Source: Treponemataceae bacterium (GTDB lineage Bacteria; Spirochaetota; Spirochaetia; Treponematales; Rectinemataceae). Taken from it: a DNA stretch of 64,000 bases. The position numbers and the translations under genes are program-made. This document shows, piece after piece, positions 40,009 through 49,958 of this stretch. Within the stretch, counting starts at the first letter, position 1. Each line of letters starts with the position of its first letter. The stretch is from assembly GCA_963677895.2 (NCBI GenBank), contig CAXXGJ010000002.1, positions 128,001 through 192,000 of the forward strand, in the 5' to 3' direction. Under the pieces are notes generated by a model. The model was not told the DNA's origin, did no database searches, and saw only the letters and a program-made list of their open reading frames with translations.

Positions 40009-41064
40009 CTAATGGCGTCGCGCCGTCGCGGCCTTGCCGACGATTTTCCCGATACGTTCCACGCCATCCTTTATCCGCCAACCATCGCGGGCGTTGAAGT
40101 AGAGGTGCCAGGAGCCGTCGCCACGGTTGTACCGGCAGTCGCAGGCGTAGATATGGGAACTCGTCCAGCCGGGAGCGGGGGCGAGAAGGGGTTCGGCGCG
40201 GGCTGGCTGCCAGGCGACGCCGTCCACGGATCGCATAATGAATATCGCTGATCGCGATCGGCCTCCCGCTTCGCGATAGATTTTATTCTGGAGCCCCACC
40301 CAGCCATCGTCGAGGGCTATTACCTTCATGGAGCCGGCGCCGAGGAGGTCGTGACCGTCCCTGGACGCGAGCCCGAACCTGGTTGATTCCAGCGTCCGGT
40401 CGGCGGCCGGATCCACGATGGGCGTTTTTTCGGGAGTAAAGGGGCCATCAGGGGCGGATCCTCGGGCGAAAGCAATGTACCTGGGTTCGCAGAAACCGCA
40501 GTCGGGTATCCAGACCAGCGAAGCCGAATAATAAAGCCTCCATCTCGGGCCTCCGTCGGGACTTGAGCCTGAACTTCCGTTGCCCGCGGGTTCCGGTTCA
40601 GCGACGAGGCATGGATTGGAGACCGATTCGCCCCGCGCGTCGTCGCGCATCCAGGCGAGTTCGGGCCGCAGAACGGTTTTCCGCGACGACCAATTTGCGA
40701 GATCGGCGCTGCGCGATATTCCGATCGTCGAATGCCACTTCATCTTCACGGGAAGAGCCGTGAGAGCCAGGGCTATGGGCGGGTATGCTTCGTAGAAAAG
40801 AAAGTAGCCTTCGCCGATTTTTCGCACAAAGGGCCTCATCGCGTTCCTGACCACGAGGCCTCGGTCACGCCAGGCCAGCCCATCGAGGGACGAGTAGCGG
40901 TGGATTCCCCAGGCTGAATGAGCGAAGAGTTCCCAGGTCCCATCGGGTGTTTCCTCCGGAAAAAGGAAGCTCGGGTCCGCGATGATGGGCGAGAAGCGTG
41001 GCGGTTCGATAATGGGGCCTTCAACCTTGCTCCAGCGAAGGGCAAGAAAATCCGCTATCGTCAT
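40009..41064 (-). CDS. Five-bladed beta-propeller glycoside hydrolase (GH43/GH130-like)
   Basis: ADP near the N-terminus, SNPC, repeated LYY/LYF strands and S.DG..W motifs. Confidence 0.65.
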   Translation of the reverse strand: MTIADFLALRWSKVEGPIIEPPRFSPIIADPSFLFPEETPDGTWELFAHSAWGIHRYSSLDGLAWRDRGLVVRNAMRPFVRKIGEGYFLFYEAYPPIALALTALPVKMKWHSTIGISRSADLANWSSRKTVLRPELAWMRDDARGESVSNPCLVAEPEPAGNGSSGSSPDGGPRWRLYYSASLVWIPDCGFCEPRYIAFARGSAPDGPFTPEKTPIVDPAADRTLESTRFGLASRDGHDLLGAGSMKVIALDDGWVGLQNKIYREAGGRSRSAIFIMRSVDGVAWQPARAEPLLAPAPGWTSSHIYACDCRYNRGDGSWHLYFNARDGWRIKDGVERIGKIVGKAATARRH

Positions 41065-41081
41065 TAGTCCAAACTACACAT

Positions 41082-41855
41082 CTATGCTTTCCACGCGTCC
41101 CTGCATCGCCTGAGCGTGTCGCCGTCCGAGAATCCGGGGAGGCTGATCGTGCCGCGAAAGGCGATTTTCTTAAGGGAAGCGAGGAAGGGAAGGCATTCGA
41201 TGCTTTCGGAGGCCGGGCCGCCTTCCGCGCAGCCGGCCTGGTTACGCCGCTTTTCCAGCCGCGCGTGAATGATGATTTTTCCGTACTGGCTGAGTTCTTC
41301 ATCCTGGATGCCGATCTCGGCGATGTCAGCGGAACCGAGCGCGATGGCGAGATTCGGCTTGCCGATGGAATCGATGGCTTCCGCCACTTCGGGAAGCGAG
41401 TTCAGAAAATTCGTGCGGCGCGGGCCCAGCGGTTCGACGCATACCCTGATCCCGTGCCGTTCCGCTATGTCGCAGAGCATGAACAGGAATTGGTTGAAAT
41501 GTTCCTTCAGGATGGAGGTCTCGCCCTCGACGGGCAGTATGCGGGCGTCGCCGTCGCCCCAGACGAGAGTCTTGCATCCCAACATCGAGGCGCGCGCGAG
41601 GGCGAGCCTGAGGTATTCCGTCCACGAATAGATGTTGAAGCCGCGTTCCGTCACTCTCACCTCGGCTGGAAGTATGGAATCGATGACCTCGCATGAAAGT
41701 TTCGACTCCTTAAGCATTGTGCGGTAGACGGCGAGGCCCGCTTCGTCGAGTTTCATCAGGGCGCTCAAGGAGGCTTCGACCGCGTCAAATCCCTGAATCC
41801 CGGCGTTGGCTATTTCGTAGGCCGAGTCAATTCTTTTTGCCCATCTGATATCCAT
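41082..41855 (-). CDS. Sugar phosphate isomerase/epimerase (xylose isomerase-like TIM barrel), divergent
   Basis: GFDAVE, LGCKTLVWG, VEPL...TNFLN. Confidence 0.7.
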   Translation of the reverse strand: MDIRWAKRIDSAYEIANAGIQGFDAVEASLSALMKLDEAGLAVYRTMLKESKLSCEVIDSILPAEVRVTERGFNIYSWTEYLRLALARASMLGCKTLVWGDGDARILPVEGETSILKEHFNQFLFMLCDIAERHGIRVCVEPLGPRRTNFLNSLPEVAEAIDSIGKPNLAIALGSADIAEIGIQDEELSQYGKIIIHARLEKRRNQAGCAEGGPASESIECLPFLASLKKIAFRGTISLPGFSDGDTLRRCRDAWKA

Positions 41856-41868
41856 GGATCATCCTCTC

Positions 41869-42306
41869 TCAGATGCCGGTGAGATTCGCGAGAGCTTCCA
41901 GCGCCAGCACATAGCTGTGCGCGCCGAAGCCTGAAATCGTGCCCACGCAGACATCGGCGATCACCGATTTGTGCCTGAACTCTTCCCTCGCGTGTATGTT
42001 GGACATGAACACCTCGACGCAGGGAACGAGCATGGTTCCTATGGCGCTTCTCAGCGAGTAGCTGTAATGGGCGAGGGCTCCCGCGTTCAGGACGACGCCC
42101 GCGTAGGTTCCGGGAACTTGCTGCATGCGGTCGATGATATCGCCTTCGGAGTTGTACTGCTCGCAATCGACTTCCATCCCGAGCTCGGCGGCTTTCTTCC
42201 TCAGCCTGCCGTGGATCTCCTCGAGCGAGCTTTCCTTGTATATCGATGTCTTCCTCGTGCCCAGAAGGTTGAGGTTCGGTCCAGAAATCACCAGAATTTT
42301 TTTCAT
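41869..42306 (-). CDS. aroQ: Type II 3-dehydroquinate dehydratase homolog, copy 2 (catalytic His replaced by Phe)
   Basis: GPNLNLLG.R, NAGA..HYS, EVFMSNI..RE.FRH.S. Confidence 0.85.
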   Translation of the reverse strand: MKKILVISGPNLNLLGTRKTSIYKESSLEEIHGRLRKKAAELGMEVDCEQYNSEGDIIDRMQQVPGTYAGVVLNAGALAHYSYSLRSAIGTMLVPCVEVFMSNIHAREEFRHKSVIADVCVGTISGFGAHSYVLALEALANLTGI

Positions 42307-42340
42307 CAAGGTCGCCTCCTGTCGCGACGCGCCGCGGTTT

Positions 42341-42799
42341 TCAGCATTCCCGATCGGCTTCATCTATTATTTCCATGAGGGCGCGGAGCCCGAGGATATA
42401 GCTGTACGATCCGAAGCCGCACACTTGGCCAAGGCATACCGGCGCTATGAATGAGACATGGCGAAAGGCTTCGCGCTTGTAGATATTGGAAATATGTACT
42501 TCGATGACCGGCAGCCTGACGGCGCCAATGGCGTCGCGCAGGGCTATGGAATAGTGGGTAAAGGCTCCCGCGTTGATGACGATTCCCCTGACCTTTCCGG
42601 CGCAGGAATGTATATAATCTACGATGAAACCTTCGACATTCGACTGGAAAAATTCGAGGCTGATGTCGTGCCTTTCGCCTTCATGCCTGATTTCGTCACA
42701 TATCTGGTCCAGATTCTTGCCGCCATAAATGCCGATTTCCCTTCTGCCGAGCATATTCAGGTTGGGGCCATTGATGATGGCTATTCTACGCGATCCCAT
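42341..42799 (-). CDS. aroQ: Type II 3-dehydroquinate dehydratase, copy 1 (canonical)
   Basis: NGPNLNMLGRRE..IYG, QSNVEG, NAGAFTHYS, EVHISN. Confidence 0.95.
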   Translation of the reverse strand: MGSRRIAIINGPNLNMLGRREIGIYGGKNLDQICDEIRHEGERHDISLEFFQSNVEGFIVDYIHSCAGKVRGIVINAGAFTHYSIALRDAIGAVRLPVIEVHISNIYKREAFRHVSFIAPVCLGQVCGFGSYSYILGLRALMEIIDEADREC

Positions 42800-43018
42800 G
42801 CTTTTCACCTCGCGACTATAGGCGCTGTTCTATTGTTCTCGAGGTTGGGGAGAAGATCAAGCACTTCCCTATGCTTTTCCGGCGATTCTCCGCGGGCGTG
42901 TTGACTCAGTTTTTTACTGATTGTATAAGTATTCAATCACTTTGCAAACGAAGGAAGATACGCGCCGTCCGCGCGCAGGACTCCTGCGGAATATGGAATG
43001 GAAAAGGGAGTGTATCCA

Positions 43019-44041
43019 ATGGAAAAAGCCGCGCTCGATTGGGGAAAACTGTCGTTCAGCTATATGAACACCGACTTTCGCTATGTCTCGCACTGGAAAA
43101 ACGGAGCATGGGATGAAGGCAAGCTCGTCACCGAGAATACCCTCACCATCGCCGAAGGCTCCACCGCGCTCCATTACGGACAGCAGGCTTTCGAAGGCCT
43201 CAAAGCCTATACGCGAAAAGATGGAAGGACGCAGCTCTTCCGCCCGGACCGCAACGCGGCGCGCATGCAGTCGACGGCCGACCGTCTCCTGATGCCCCGG
43301 GTTTCCACCGAGAAATTCATCGACGCCTGCGACCAGGTGGTCAAGGCGAACTGGAAATACGTGCCGCCCTACGGCACCGGCGCTACCCTTTATCTGCGCC
43401 CCTTCCTTATCGGCGTGGGCGACAATATCGGCGTGCACGCCGCTCCCGAGTATATTTTCGGCGTCTTCTGCATGCCGGTAGGTCCTTATTTCAAGGGCGG
43501 CATGAATCCCGTCAACTTCATGGTCTCGAGCTGGGACCGCGCGGCGCCCAGGGGCACCGGCGCGGCCAAGGTCGGCGGCAACTACGCCGGCAGCCTCATG
43601 CCCCACGAGGAAGCGGCCAAGCTCGGCTATGCGGACTGCATCTATCTCGATCCGGCCACCCACACCAAGATCGAGGAAGTGGGCGCTGCGAACTTTTTCG
43701 GGATCACCAAGGCAGGAGCCTTCATCACGCCGCTTTCGCCCTCGATTCTACCCAGCATAACGAAGTATTCCCTCCTCGAAGTGGCCAAAACTTATTTCGG
43801 CATGAAGACGGAAGAGCGCGATGTCTACATCGACAATCTGGACGAATTCGCCGAGGCGGGCGCCTGCGGCACGGCGGCCGTCATCACGCCGATCGGCGGC
43901 ATCTTCCACAACGGCAAGCTCCATGTCTTCCATTCCGAAAAGGAAGTGGGGCCGGTTACCAAGAAGCTCTACGATACCCTTGTCGGCATCCAGTACGGCG
44001 ATGTCAAAGCGCCCGAGGGCTGGATCCATATCGTCGACTGA
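43019..44041 (+). CDS. ilvE: Branched-chain amino acid aminotransferase
   Basis: [41 protein letters not shown]. Confidence 0.96.
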   Translation: MEKAALDWGKLSFSYMNTDFRYVSHWKNGAWDEGKLVTENTLTIAEGSTALHYGQQAFEGLKAYTRKDGRTQLFRPDRNAARMQSTADRLLMPRVSTEKFIDACDQVVKANWKYVPPYGTGATLYLRPFLIGVGDNIGVHAAPEYIFGVFCMPVGPYFKGGMNPVNFMVSSWDRAAPRGTGAAKVGGNYAGSLMPHEEAAKLGYADCIYLDPATHTKIEEVGAANFFGITKAGAFITPLSPSILPSITKYSLLEVAKTYFGMKTEERDVYIDNLDEFAEAGACGTAAVITPIGGIFHNGKLHVFHSEKEVGPVTKKLYDTLVGIQYGDVKAPEGWIHIVD

Positions 44042-44090
44042 CGGCGTCGAGCCGCGTTTTGCCGCGCTCGCCGCGCGCGTAAAGGCGGGC

Positions 44091-45422
44091 ATGAGGCGTC
44101 TGGGAGTACCGGGCGCCTCTCTCGGCGTCTGGAGCGCGGGCAGGGAAATGACGGCCTGCTTCGGCCGCACGAGCATCGAAAATCCTCTTCCCGTAAACCC
44201 CGATACCTATTTCCAGATCGGTTCAATAACGAAGACAATGACCACGGCGGCCCTTCTCCGCCTCGCCGAACTCGGCAGAATCAACATGGACGCGCCGGTC
44301 GTTTCCATGCTGCCTGGCTTTTCCATGGCTGATCCGGAGGTTACCGCCCGCCTTACTCCCCGCCACCTCGTAACCCATACGGGCGGCTGGGTGGGCGACT
44401 ACTTCGACGATTTCGGAAACGGAGACGACGCGCTGGCGAAGATGGTCGCCTCTATCGGAGAATTGCCCCAGGTAACGCCGCTCGGGGCTTTCTGGTCCTA
44501 CAACAACGCGGGATTCAATATCGCGGGGCGCCTCGTCGAGGTTCTTTCAGGAAAGACCTACGAGAAGGCCCTCGCCGAGCTGATTCTTGAGCCAGCGGGA
44601 CTCTCCCGCACCAGATTCTATCCGGACGATGTCCTCATCACGTATCGCTTCGTCTCCGGCCACGAAAAAGCGGCCGGCAGAACGATCGTGTCGCGGCCTT
44701 GGGCCATCGGCAGGGCTGGCAACTGCGTGGGCGGCGGCGTCTGCGCCGTCGGCGACCTCCTGCGCTGGGCGCGTATCATGATGGCGGGCGGCGAAAGCCC
44801 CGAGGGGAAAAGGGTCCTGAAGCCCGAATCCGTCGCTGAAATGCTCGAGCCCCGAATACCGGCGGGCTTCGGCAAGCGGATGGCCCTCACTTGGAACGTA
44901 CGGGATATCGGCGGCATCAGATTCTGCGGACATGGGGGAGCCACGAATGGCCAGCAGGCCGTCCTCCATTTCGCGCCCGAGAAGGATTTTGCGATCGTCC
45001 TTCTCACGAATTCCCAGTCGGGCACCGTGCTCACCGACGCCATGCTGGGATGGGCGGCCAAGCTATGCTTCGGCGTCGAGAGCGCCTCTCCCGAGCCTGT
45101 CGCCCGGCCAAAAGCCTCAGTCTTGGAGGAATATGTCGGCCGCTACGATCTGCCCATCTCGGCCTTCGATCTTGTGGCGCGAAAAGGCGGGTTTCTGGTC
45201 GTGGACCTGCCGAGGGGAGGCTTTCCCCGGCCGGACAGCCCTCCTGGCGATCAGGAACCGCCGATGAAGGCGCGGCTGTGTTCGGGCGATCGCTTTCTGG
45301 TCCTCGACGATCCGAAAAAGGGCGCCGTGGGAGAATTCATACGCGATGATTCGGGGAAAGTCGCCTGGTGCCGTTTCGGAGGCAGGGTGCACGTAAGAAA
45401 GTCGGCCGTCCAAGGCCGATGA
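44091..45422 (+). CDS. Serine hydrolase (beta-lactamase class C / PBP-like); start uncertain
   Basis: GSITK (SxxK), LVTHTGG, YNN, HGG; first ATG after the ilvE stop used. Confidence 0.82.
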   Translation: MRRLGVPGASLGVWSAGREMTACFGRTSIENPLPVNPDTYFQIGSITKTMTTAALLRLAELGRINMDAPVVSMLPGFSMADPEVTARLTPRHLVTHTGGWVGDYFDDFGNGDDALAKMVASIGELPQVTPLGAFWSYNNAGFNIAGRLVEVLSGKTYEKALAELILEPAGLSRTRFYPDDVLITYRFVSGHEKAAGRTIVSRPWAIGRAGNCVGGGVCAVGDLLRWARIMMAGGESPEGKRVLKPESVAEMLEPRIPAGFGKRMALTWNVRDIGGIRFCGHGGATNGQQAVLHFAPEKDFAIVLLTNSQSGTVLTDAMLGWAAKLCFGVESASPEPVARPKASVLEEYVGRYDLPISAFDLVARKGGFLVVDLPRGGFPRPDSPPGDQEPPMKARLCSGDRFLVLDDPKKGAVGEFIRDDSGKVAWCRFGGRVHVRKSAVQGR

Positions 45423-45467
45423 AGCGAAAAAAGAGCGATACCCAAGGAAACGCAAGGACACGCAGCG

Positions 45468-46193
45468 ATGAGAATTCTTCAAATCGAGCATTGGCCGGTT
45501 CGTTTTTCCTACGACAACGTCCCCTACTTCGCGCGCCGGGGCTTCAGCGTGGAGGACCTGCGCATCTACGCGGGGCAGCCATGCCCGAATCCGGCGGAAT
45601 TCGGGGCGGTGATCGTCTACGGCGGCTTCATGAGCGCCTATGACGATGCCCGCCATCCCTGGATCGCGGATGAATTGCGCTATATCGAAAAATGCATGAA
45701 GGCGGGGGTACCGGTTCTGGGCATCTGTCTCGGTTCCCAGCTCCTCGCGAGGCTTCTGGGCGCCCGCGTCTTTCGCAGCCCCGTGCCCGAATTCGGCTTC
45801 CAGCGGATTGTTCCGACGATTGAAGGAGCGGCGCATCCAGCGATCGCGGCGCTTCTTGCCGGGACGCCGTCCTCCGCTTCACCCGCCGAGTCAATAGGCG
45901 ATTTTCTCGTCCTCGAATGGCACGGCGACGCCTGGGATCTCCCGGCGGGCGCGACGCGGCTCGCCGAGAGCGCCACCTGGCCAAACCAGACCTTCTCCTA
46001 TGGCGATAAAACCCTGGCGATCCAGTTCCATCTCGAATTCACGCGCGAACACATGGCTTGGGCTTTCGGCGAAGAGCGCGACGCCCTCCCGCGCGGCCCC
46101 GGATGCGAAGATCCCGACGCCGCCCTGGCCGATCCCGCGCGCTTCGACGAACTCAGGCTCAACATGGAAAAACTGCTGGACGGATTCCTGTGA
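45468..46193 (+). CDS. Type 1 glutamine amidotransferase-like protein
   Basis: GICLGSQL, WHGD, QFHLE (Cys-His-Glu triad). Confidence 0.9.
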   Translation: MRILQIEHWPVRFSYDNVPYFARRGFSVEDLRIYAGQPCPNPAEFGAVIVYGGFMSAYDDARHPWIADELRYIEKCMKAGVPVLGICLGSQLLARLLGARVFRSPVPEFGFQRIVPTIEGAAHPAIAALLAGTPSSASPAESIGDFLVLEWHGDAWDLPAGATRLAESATWPNQTFSYGDKTLAIQFHLEFTREHMAWAFGEERDALPRGPGCEDPDAALADPARFDELRLNMEKLLDGFL

Positions 46194-46203
46194 TTCGCTC
46201 AGC

Positions 46204-46674
46204 CTAGCCCTGTTTTTTCTGGATTAAAGCTGCTACGCACTCCGTCACCAGCCGGTGATCTTCTTCCTGCGGAAGCCCGGAGACGGCCACCGTTCCCACC
46301 ATGCCCACGCCCTTCACGATGATGGGAAAGCAACCGCCGGCGGCCGCGTATTCCAGGGGAGAGACGAAATATTTCTCGGCAATCGTCTTGCCGAGGCTCT
46401 CCAGCAGTTTGGCGACATAGAAAGAGCTGTGGTCCAAGAGATTGACACTGCGGATTTTTCTTTCTATCCACCTGTCGTTGTTGAGCGAGGCGCCTTCCAT
46501 ACTCGCGTGGAAGAGTTGCCTTTCCCCGCGTCTTATGTCGATCGCGATGGGGAGGGCGCGGGCTCTGGCTTCGGCGACGATCGCCGAGCCAAGCTCCCAT
46601 GCCGTATTCTCGTCGAAGGAGGGGAACTGGAGCGCGCGTTCTTGTTCGAGCAATTGGTTCAGGATATCGTCCAT
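46204..46674 (-). CDS. Heme-degrading domain protein (UPF0303/GlcG-like)
   Basis: AWELG, WIERK, SSF, GGCFPI, VSGLPQEEDH. Confidence 0.88.
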   Translation of the reverse strand: MDDILNQLLEQERALQFPSFDENTAWELGSAIVAEARARALPIAIDIRRGERQLFHASMEGASLNNDRWIERKIRSVNLLDHSSFYVAKLLESLGKTIAEKYFVSPLEYAAAGGCFPIIVKGVGMVGTVAVSGLPQEEDHRLVTECVAALIQKKQG

Positions 46675-47913
46675 TCAGCAACCTGCCTTGACCGCGAGGT
46701 CGGGGAACACGATCGTCACGACGTCGAGGGCGATCTGCAGTTCCTCGTTCGTCGGGATGACGAGGATGGTGGTGGGGGAATAGAGGGTCGAGACGATGCC
46801 TTCACGCGAGCCATTCGAATCGTTCTTGGCATAATCCATGATGATGCCGATGTTCTCGAGGCGATGGCAGATGCGTTCGCGCATCCGCACGCCATGCTGG
46901 CCGACGCCGCCCGTGAAGACAAGGCCGTCTACCTTGAAGAGCTCCGCCGAATAGGCGCCGATATACTTCCTCACCTGGTGCGCGTAGACGTCGAGGGCTT
47001 CGATCGCGTTCTTGTTGCCCAGGTCGACGGCGCCTTCGATGTCGCGCAGGTCGTTGGATATGCCCGAGAGACCCAGGAGGCCGCTCTTCTTGTTGATCAA
47101 GGCCGTGAGCTCCTTGGAGCTGTAGCCGCGCTCCTCGAGGAAGCCGAGGATGGCCGGATCGATGTCGCCGCATCTCGTGCCCATGACGAGACCTTCGAGA
47201 GGGGTGAAGCCCATCGAGGTTTCGACCGATCGGCCGTTTTCCACCGCCGTGATCGAAGCGCCGTTGCCGAGATGGCAGGTTATGAGATTGGTGTTTTCAG
47301 GGGCGCGCTTCATGAGCTGGCAGGCGCGCGCCGCCACATAGCGGTGGCTTGTGCCGTGAAAACCATAGCGGCGGATCTTGTATTTTTCGTAAAGCTCGCG
47401 GGGCAGACCGTAGAGGTAGGCCGCGGGCGGCATGGTCTGGTGGAAGGCGGTGTCGAAGACGGCGACGTTGGGCTTGCCGGGAAGCATCTTCATCGCCTCG
47501 CGGATGCCGGTGAGGTTGGCGGGATTATGGAGGGGGGCGAGCTCGATGTTCGCCTCGATGGCCTTCAATACCGTCTCATCTATGACCACGGAGGACGAAA
47601 ACCGCTCGCCCCCATGCACGACCCTGTGGCCGACGGCGTCGATTTCGTCTATGTCGCCGATAATCCCATACTTGGGATCGATGAGCGCTTTCGCGACCCT
47701 TGCCATGGCGAGCCCGTGATCGGCCATCGGCTCCTCGACCCTGATCGTCCCCTTGGGGGAACTCTGCGCCAGAAAACTTCCCGTCTCGCCGATGCGTTCC
47801 ACGAGTCCCTTGCCGAGGCTTTCGCGTGCCGGCATGCGGAACACCTCGTATTTCAGGGACGAGCTGCCGCAGTTCAGGACCAAAACGGTCGTGGATTCCT
47901 TCCGCGCTTTCAT
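46675..47913 (-). CDS. ackA: Acetate kinase
   Basis: LNCGSSSLK, GHRVVHGG, APLHN, FDTAFH, GFHGTSH, HLGNGAS, PTNEE. Confidence 0.97.
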   Translation of the reverse strand: MKARKESTTVLVLNCGSSSLKYEVFRMPARESLGKGLVERIGETGSFLAQSSPKGTIRVEEPMADHGLAMARVAKALIDPKYGIIGDIDEIDAVGHRVVHGGERFSSSVVIDETVLKAIEANIELAPLHNPANLTGIREAMKMLPGKPNVAVFDTAFHQTMPPAAYLYGLPRELYEKYKIRRYGFHGTSHRYVAARACQLMKRAPENTNLITCHLGNGASITAVENGRSVETSMGFTPLEGLVMGTRCGDIDPAILGFLEERGYSSKELTALINKKSGLLGLSGISNDLRDIEGAVDLGNKNAIEALDVYAHQVRKYIGAYSAELFKVDGLVFTGGVGQHGVRMRERICHRLENIGIIMDYAKNDSNGSREGIVSTLYSPTTILVIPTNEELQIALDVVTIVFPDLAVKAGC

Positions 47914-48054
47914 GATGAATGCTCCTTGTTGGGACTCGAGAAGTCCGAATTTTATCTATTGTAATCCCATTTTCGCGGTTTGGCCAAGCCGAGAATCATG
48001 GGCGGGAGTTCCAAATGAGGCCGGGAGGCAGTATATTCGCAGTGGAGGATAAAA

Positions 48055-48567
48055 ATGGGAATCGTCAATGCTGAATTGTTGTCTCGAGGCACCGCCCTCC
48101 TTCTCGACGAAGCCTTCGCGGGTCCCTCCGGCGGGGGCAGCTGGTTCACCGATGAGGATCCCGATTCCGGGATACTTGGCACTCTGAAACATCTTTCCGC
48201 GGCCGAGGCCTCGGTTCCGCTTACCGCGGGAGACGCCGCCACCGCCGCTTCGCACGCCTCGCATCTCCGCTACGCCCTCAGTCTCGCCAACAGGGCGATG
48301 AAGGGGGAGAATCCCTATCGCGACGCGGATTGGAAAGGCAGCTGGGCTGTGACAACCGTGAGCGAGACGACGTGGAAGGAACTCCAGGACTCCCTGAGGC
48401 TGGAATTCGAAACGCTCAAGACGGCTATATCCGATCCCGCCGTATGGAGCTCGGACAAGAGAGTCTTCGGCATGATAGGCAATATCGCTCACGCGGCCTG
48501 GCATCTCGGCGCGCTTCGCCAGGGGCTGGGACGCATCGAGACACCCGCGCCCAAGGAGAACCGCTGA
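48055..48567 (+). CDS. DinB-like four-helix protein
   Basis: HASHL and HAAWHLG His motifs; GGAGG RBS. Confidence 0.7.
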   Translation: MGIVNAELLSRGTALLLDEAFAGPSGGGSWFTDEDPDSGILGTLKHLSAAEASVPLTAGDAATAASHASHLRYALSLANRAMKGENPYRDADWKGSWAVTTVSETTWKELQDSLRLEFETLKTAISDPAVWSSDKRVFGMIGNIAHAAWHLGALRQGLGRIETPAPKENR

Positions 48568-49358
48568 TGTTGACACGAAGGTTGGACGAAGCCAGGGAAG
48601 CCTGGAAAACCAAGGACGCCGCCGCGGCCAGAAAGGCCCATATGCCTTCGGGGAGCGCGAATGAACAGCACACGACAGGGCGCGGGAAATACATCAAGAG
48701 CGTGATCTACGGCGGTCTGGACGGCACGATCACCACCTTCGCGGCGGTCGCCGGCGTGGCCGGAGCGGCTCTCTCGCCTGGCGTCGTGCTCATCATGGGG
48801 CTCGCGAACCTTGTGGCCGACGGACTTTCGATGTCGATCGGCGACTACCTCTCTTCCAAGAGCGAAAGCGAATACGAAGCCGCCGAGAGGAAACGCGAAG
48901 CCTGGGAAGTGGAAAACTATCCCGAGGGCGAAAAGCGCGAACTGATCGAGATTTATGAGGCGAGGGGAATGTCGGCCCAGGACGCGAGCGCCGTGGTCGA
49001 GATCATCGCCAAGGACAAGGAATCCTGGGTGGACACGATGATGGTGGAAGAACTGGGAATCATGCCGAACGATGAATCCCCGGTCGCGAACGCCCTCGCC
49101 ACCTTTCTTTCCTTCGCCGTATTCGGCTTTTTGCCGATCGCGGCCTATGTATTCGCCCTTTTCGTGCCCGCGCTCAAGAACGCGCAGTTTCCCCTCGCCT
49201 GCGTACTCACCGGCGCCACGCTATTCGGCCTCGGGGCTTTCAAGACGACGATCACCGGCAAAAGCTGGCTCGTGTCGGGACTGGAAATGCTCTTCGTCGG
49301 AGGCATCGCGGCGGCGGCGGCCTATGGCATGGGCCTGCTTCTGGGCGGATTGGCCTGA
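48567..49358 (+). CDS. VIT1/CCC1 family Fe/Mn transporter
   Basis: IYGGLDG, ADGLSM..GDYLS.KSE, MM.EELG; TGATG coupling to the upstream gene. Confidence 0.92.
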   Translation: MLTRRLDEAREAWKTKDAAAARKAHMPSGSANEQHTTGRGKYIKSVIYGGLDGTITTFAAVAGVAGAALSPGVVLIMGLANLVADGLSMSIGDYLSSKSESEYEAAERKREAWEVENYPEGEKRELIEIYEARGMSAQDASAVVEIIAKDKESWVDTMMVEELGIMPNDESPVANALATFLSFAVFGFLPIAAYVFALFVPALKNAQFPLACVLTGATLFGLGAFKTTITGKSWLVSGLEMLFVGGIAAAAAYGMGLLLGGLA

Positions 49359-49382
49359 GATCCTTTCATGAAAGGTGAAGCG

Positions 49383-49958
49383 ATGAAAAAAGCTTGCGTA
49401 CTGCTCGCCGAAGGCTTTGAGGAAGTCGAGGCCCTGACGCCGGTCGATTACCTCCGCAGGGCGGGCATCGAAGTGACGATCCTCGGCCTGGGCGGGCGCG
49501 GCGTCCGGGGCGCGCGCGGGATAACGGTAGTGGCCGATGCCGTCCTGGAGGACGGCGCGGCCGGGCTTTATTCCTTCGATGCCGTCATAGTGCCCGGCGG
49601 CATGCCCGGCGCGAAACACCTCGCCGACAGCGAGGAAGCGAGGGAGCTCATCAAGCGCCATTTCGACGAGGGAAGGCTTGTGGCGGCCATCTGCGCCGCG
49701 CCGGCCGTCGTGCTCCAGGGCGGCTGCGGGATACTGAATGGCCGGCGTTTTACCGGATATCCCGGCACCGAGCGTCAGGTTTCGGGAGGAATCCACACGG
49801 GGGGAAGGGTGGTCGTGGACGGCAACCTGATCACGTCGAGGGGAGCCGGGACGGCCGGAGAATTCGCCATCGCCATCATCGAGGCGCTGGCGGGCAGAAA
49901 CGCGGCCCTAAGCGTGGCCGAAAGCGTCCTGCTTAACGACAGCGGCGATCGGGTCTGA
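49383..49958 (+). CDS. DJ-1/YajL (ThiJ) family glyoxalase/deglycase
   Basis: GFEEVEA, PGGMPG, AAICAAP, ITSRG.GT. Confidence 0.92.
   Translation: MKKACVLLAEGFEEVEALTPVDYLRRAGIEVTILGLGGRGVRGARGITVVADAVLEDGAAGLYSFDAVIVPGGMPGAKHLADSEEARELIKRHFDEGRLVAAICAAPAVVLQGGCGILNGRRFTGYPGTERQVSGGIHTGGRVVVDGNLITSRGAGTAGEFAIAIIEALAGRNAALSVAESVLLNDSGDRV

Noticed and set aside
42809..43018. T-box or attenuator upstream of ilvE
   Set aside because: No T-box consensus or leader peptide; only a short hairpin (cgcagga-c-tcctgcg)
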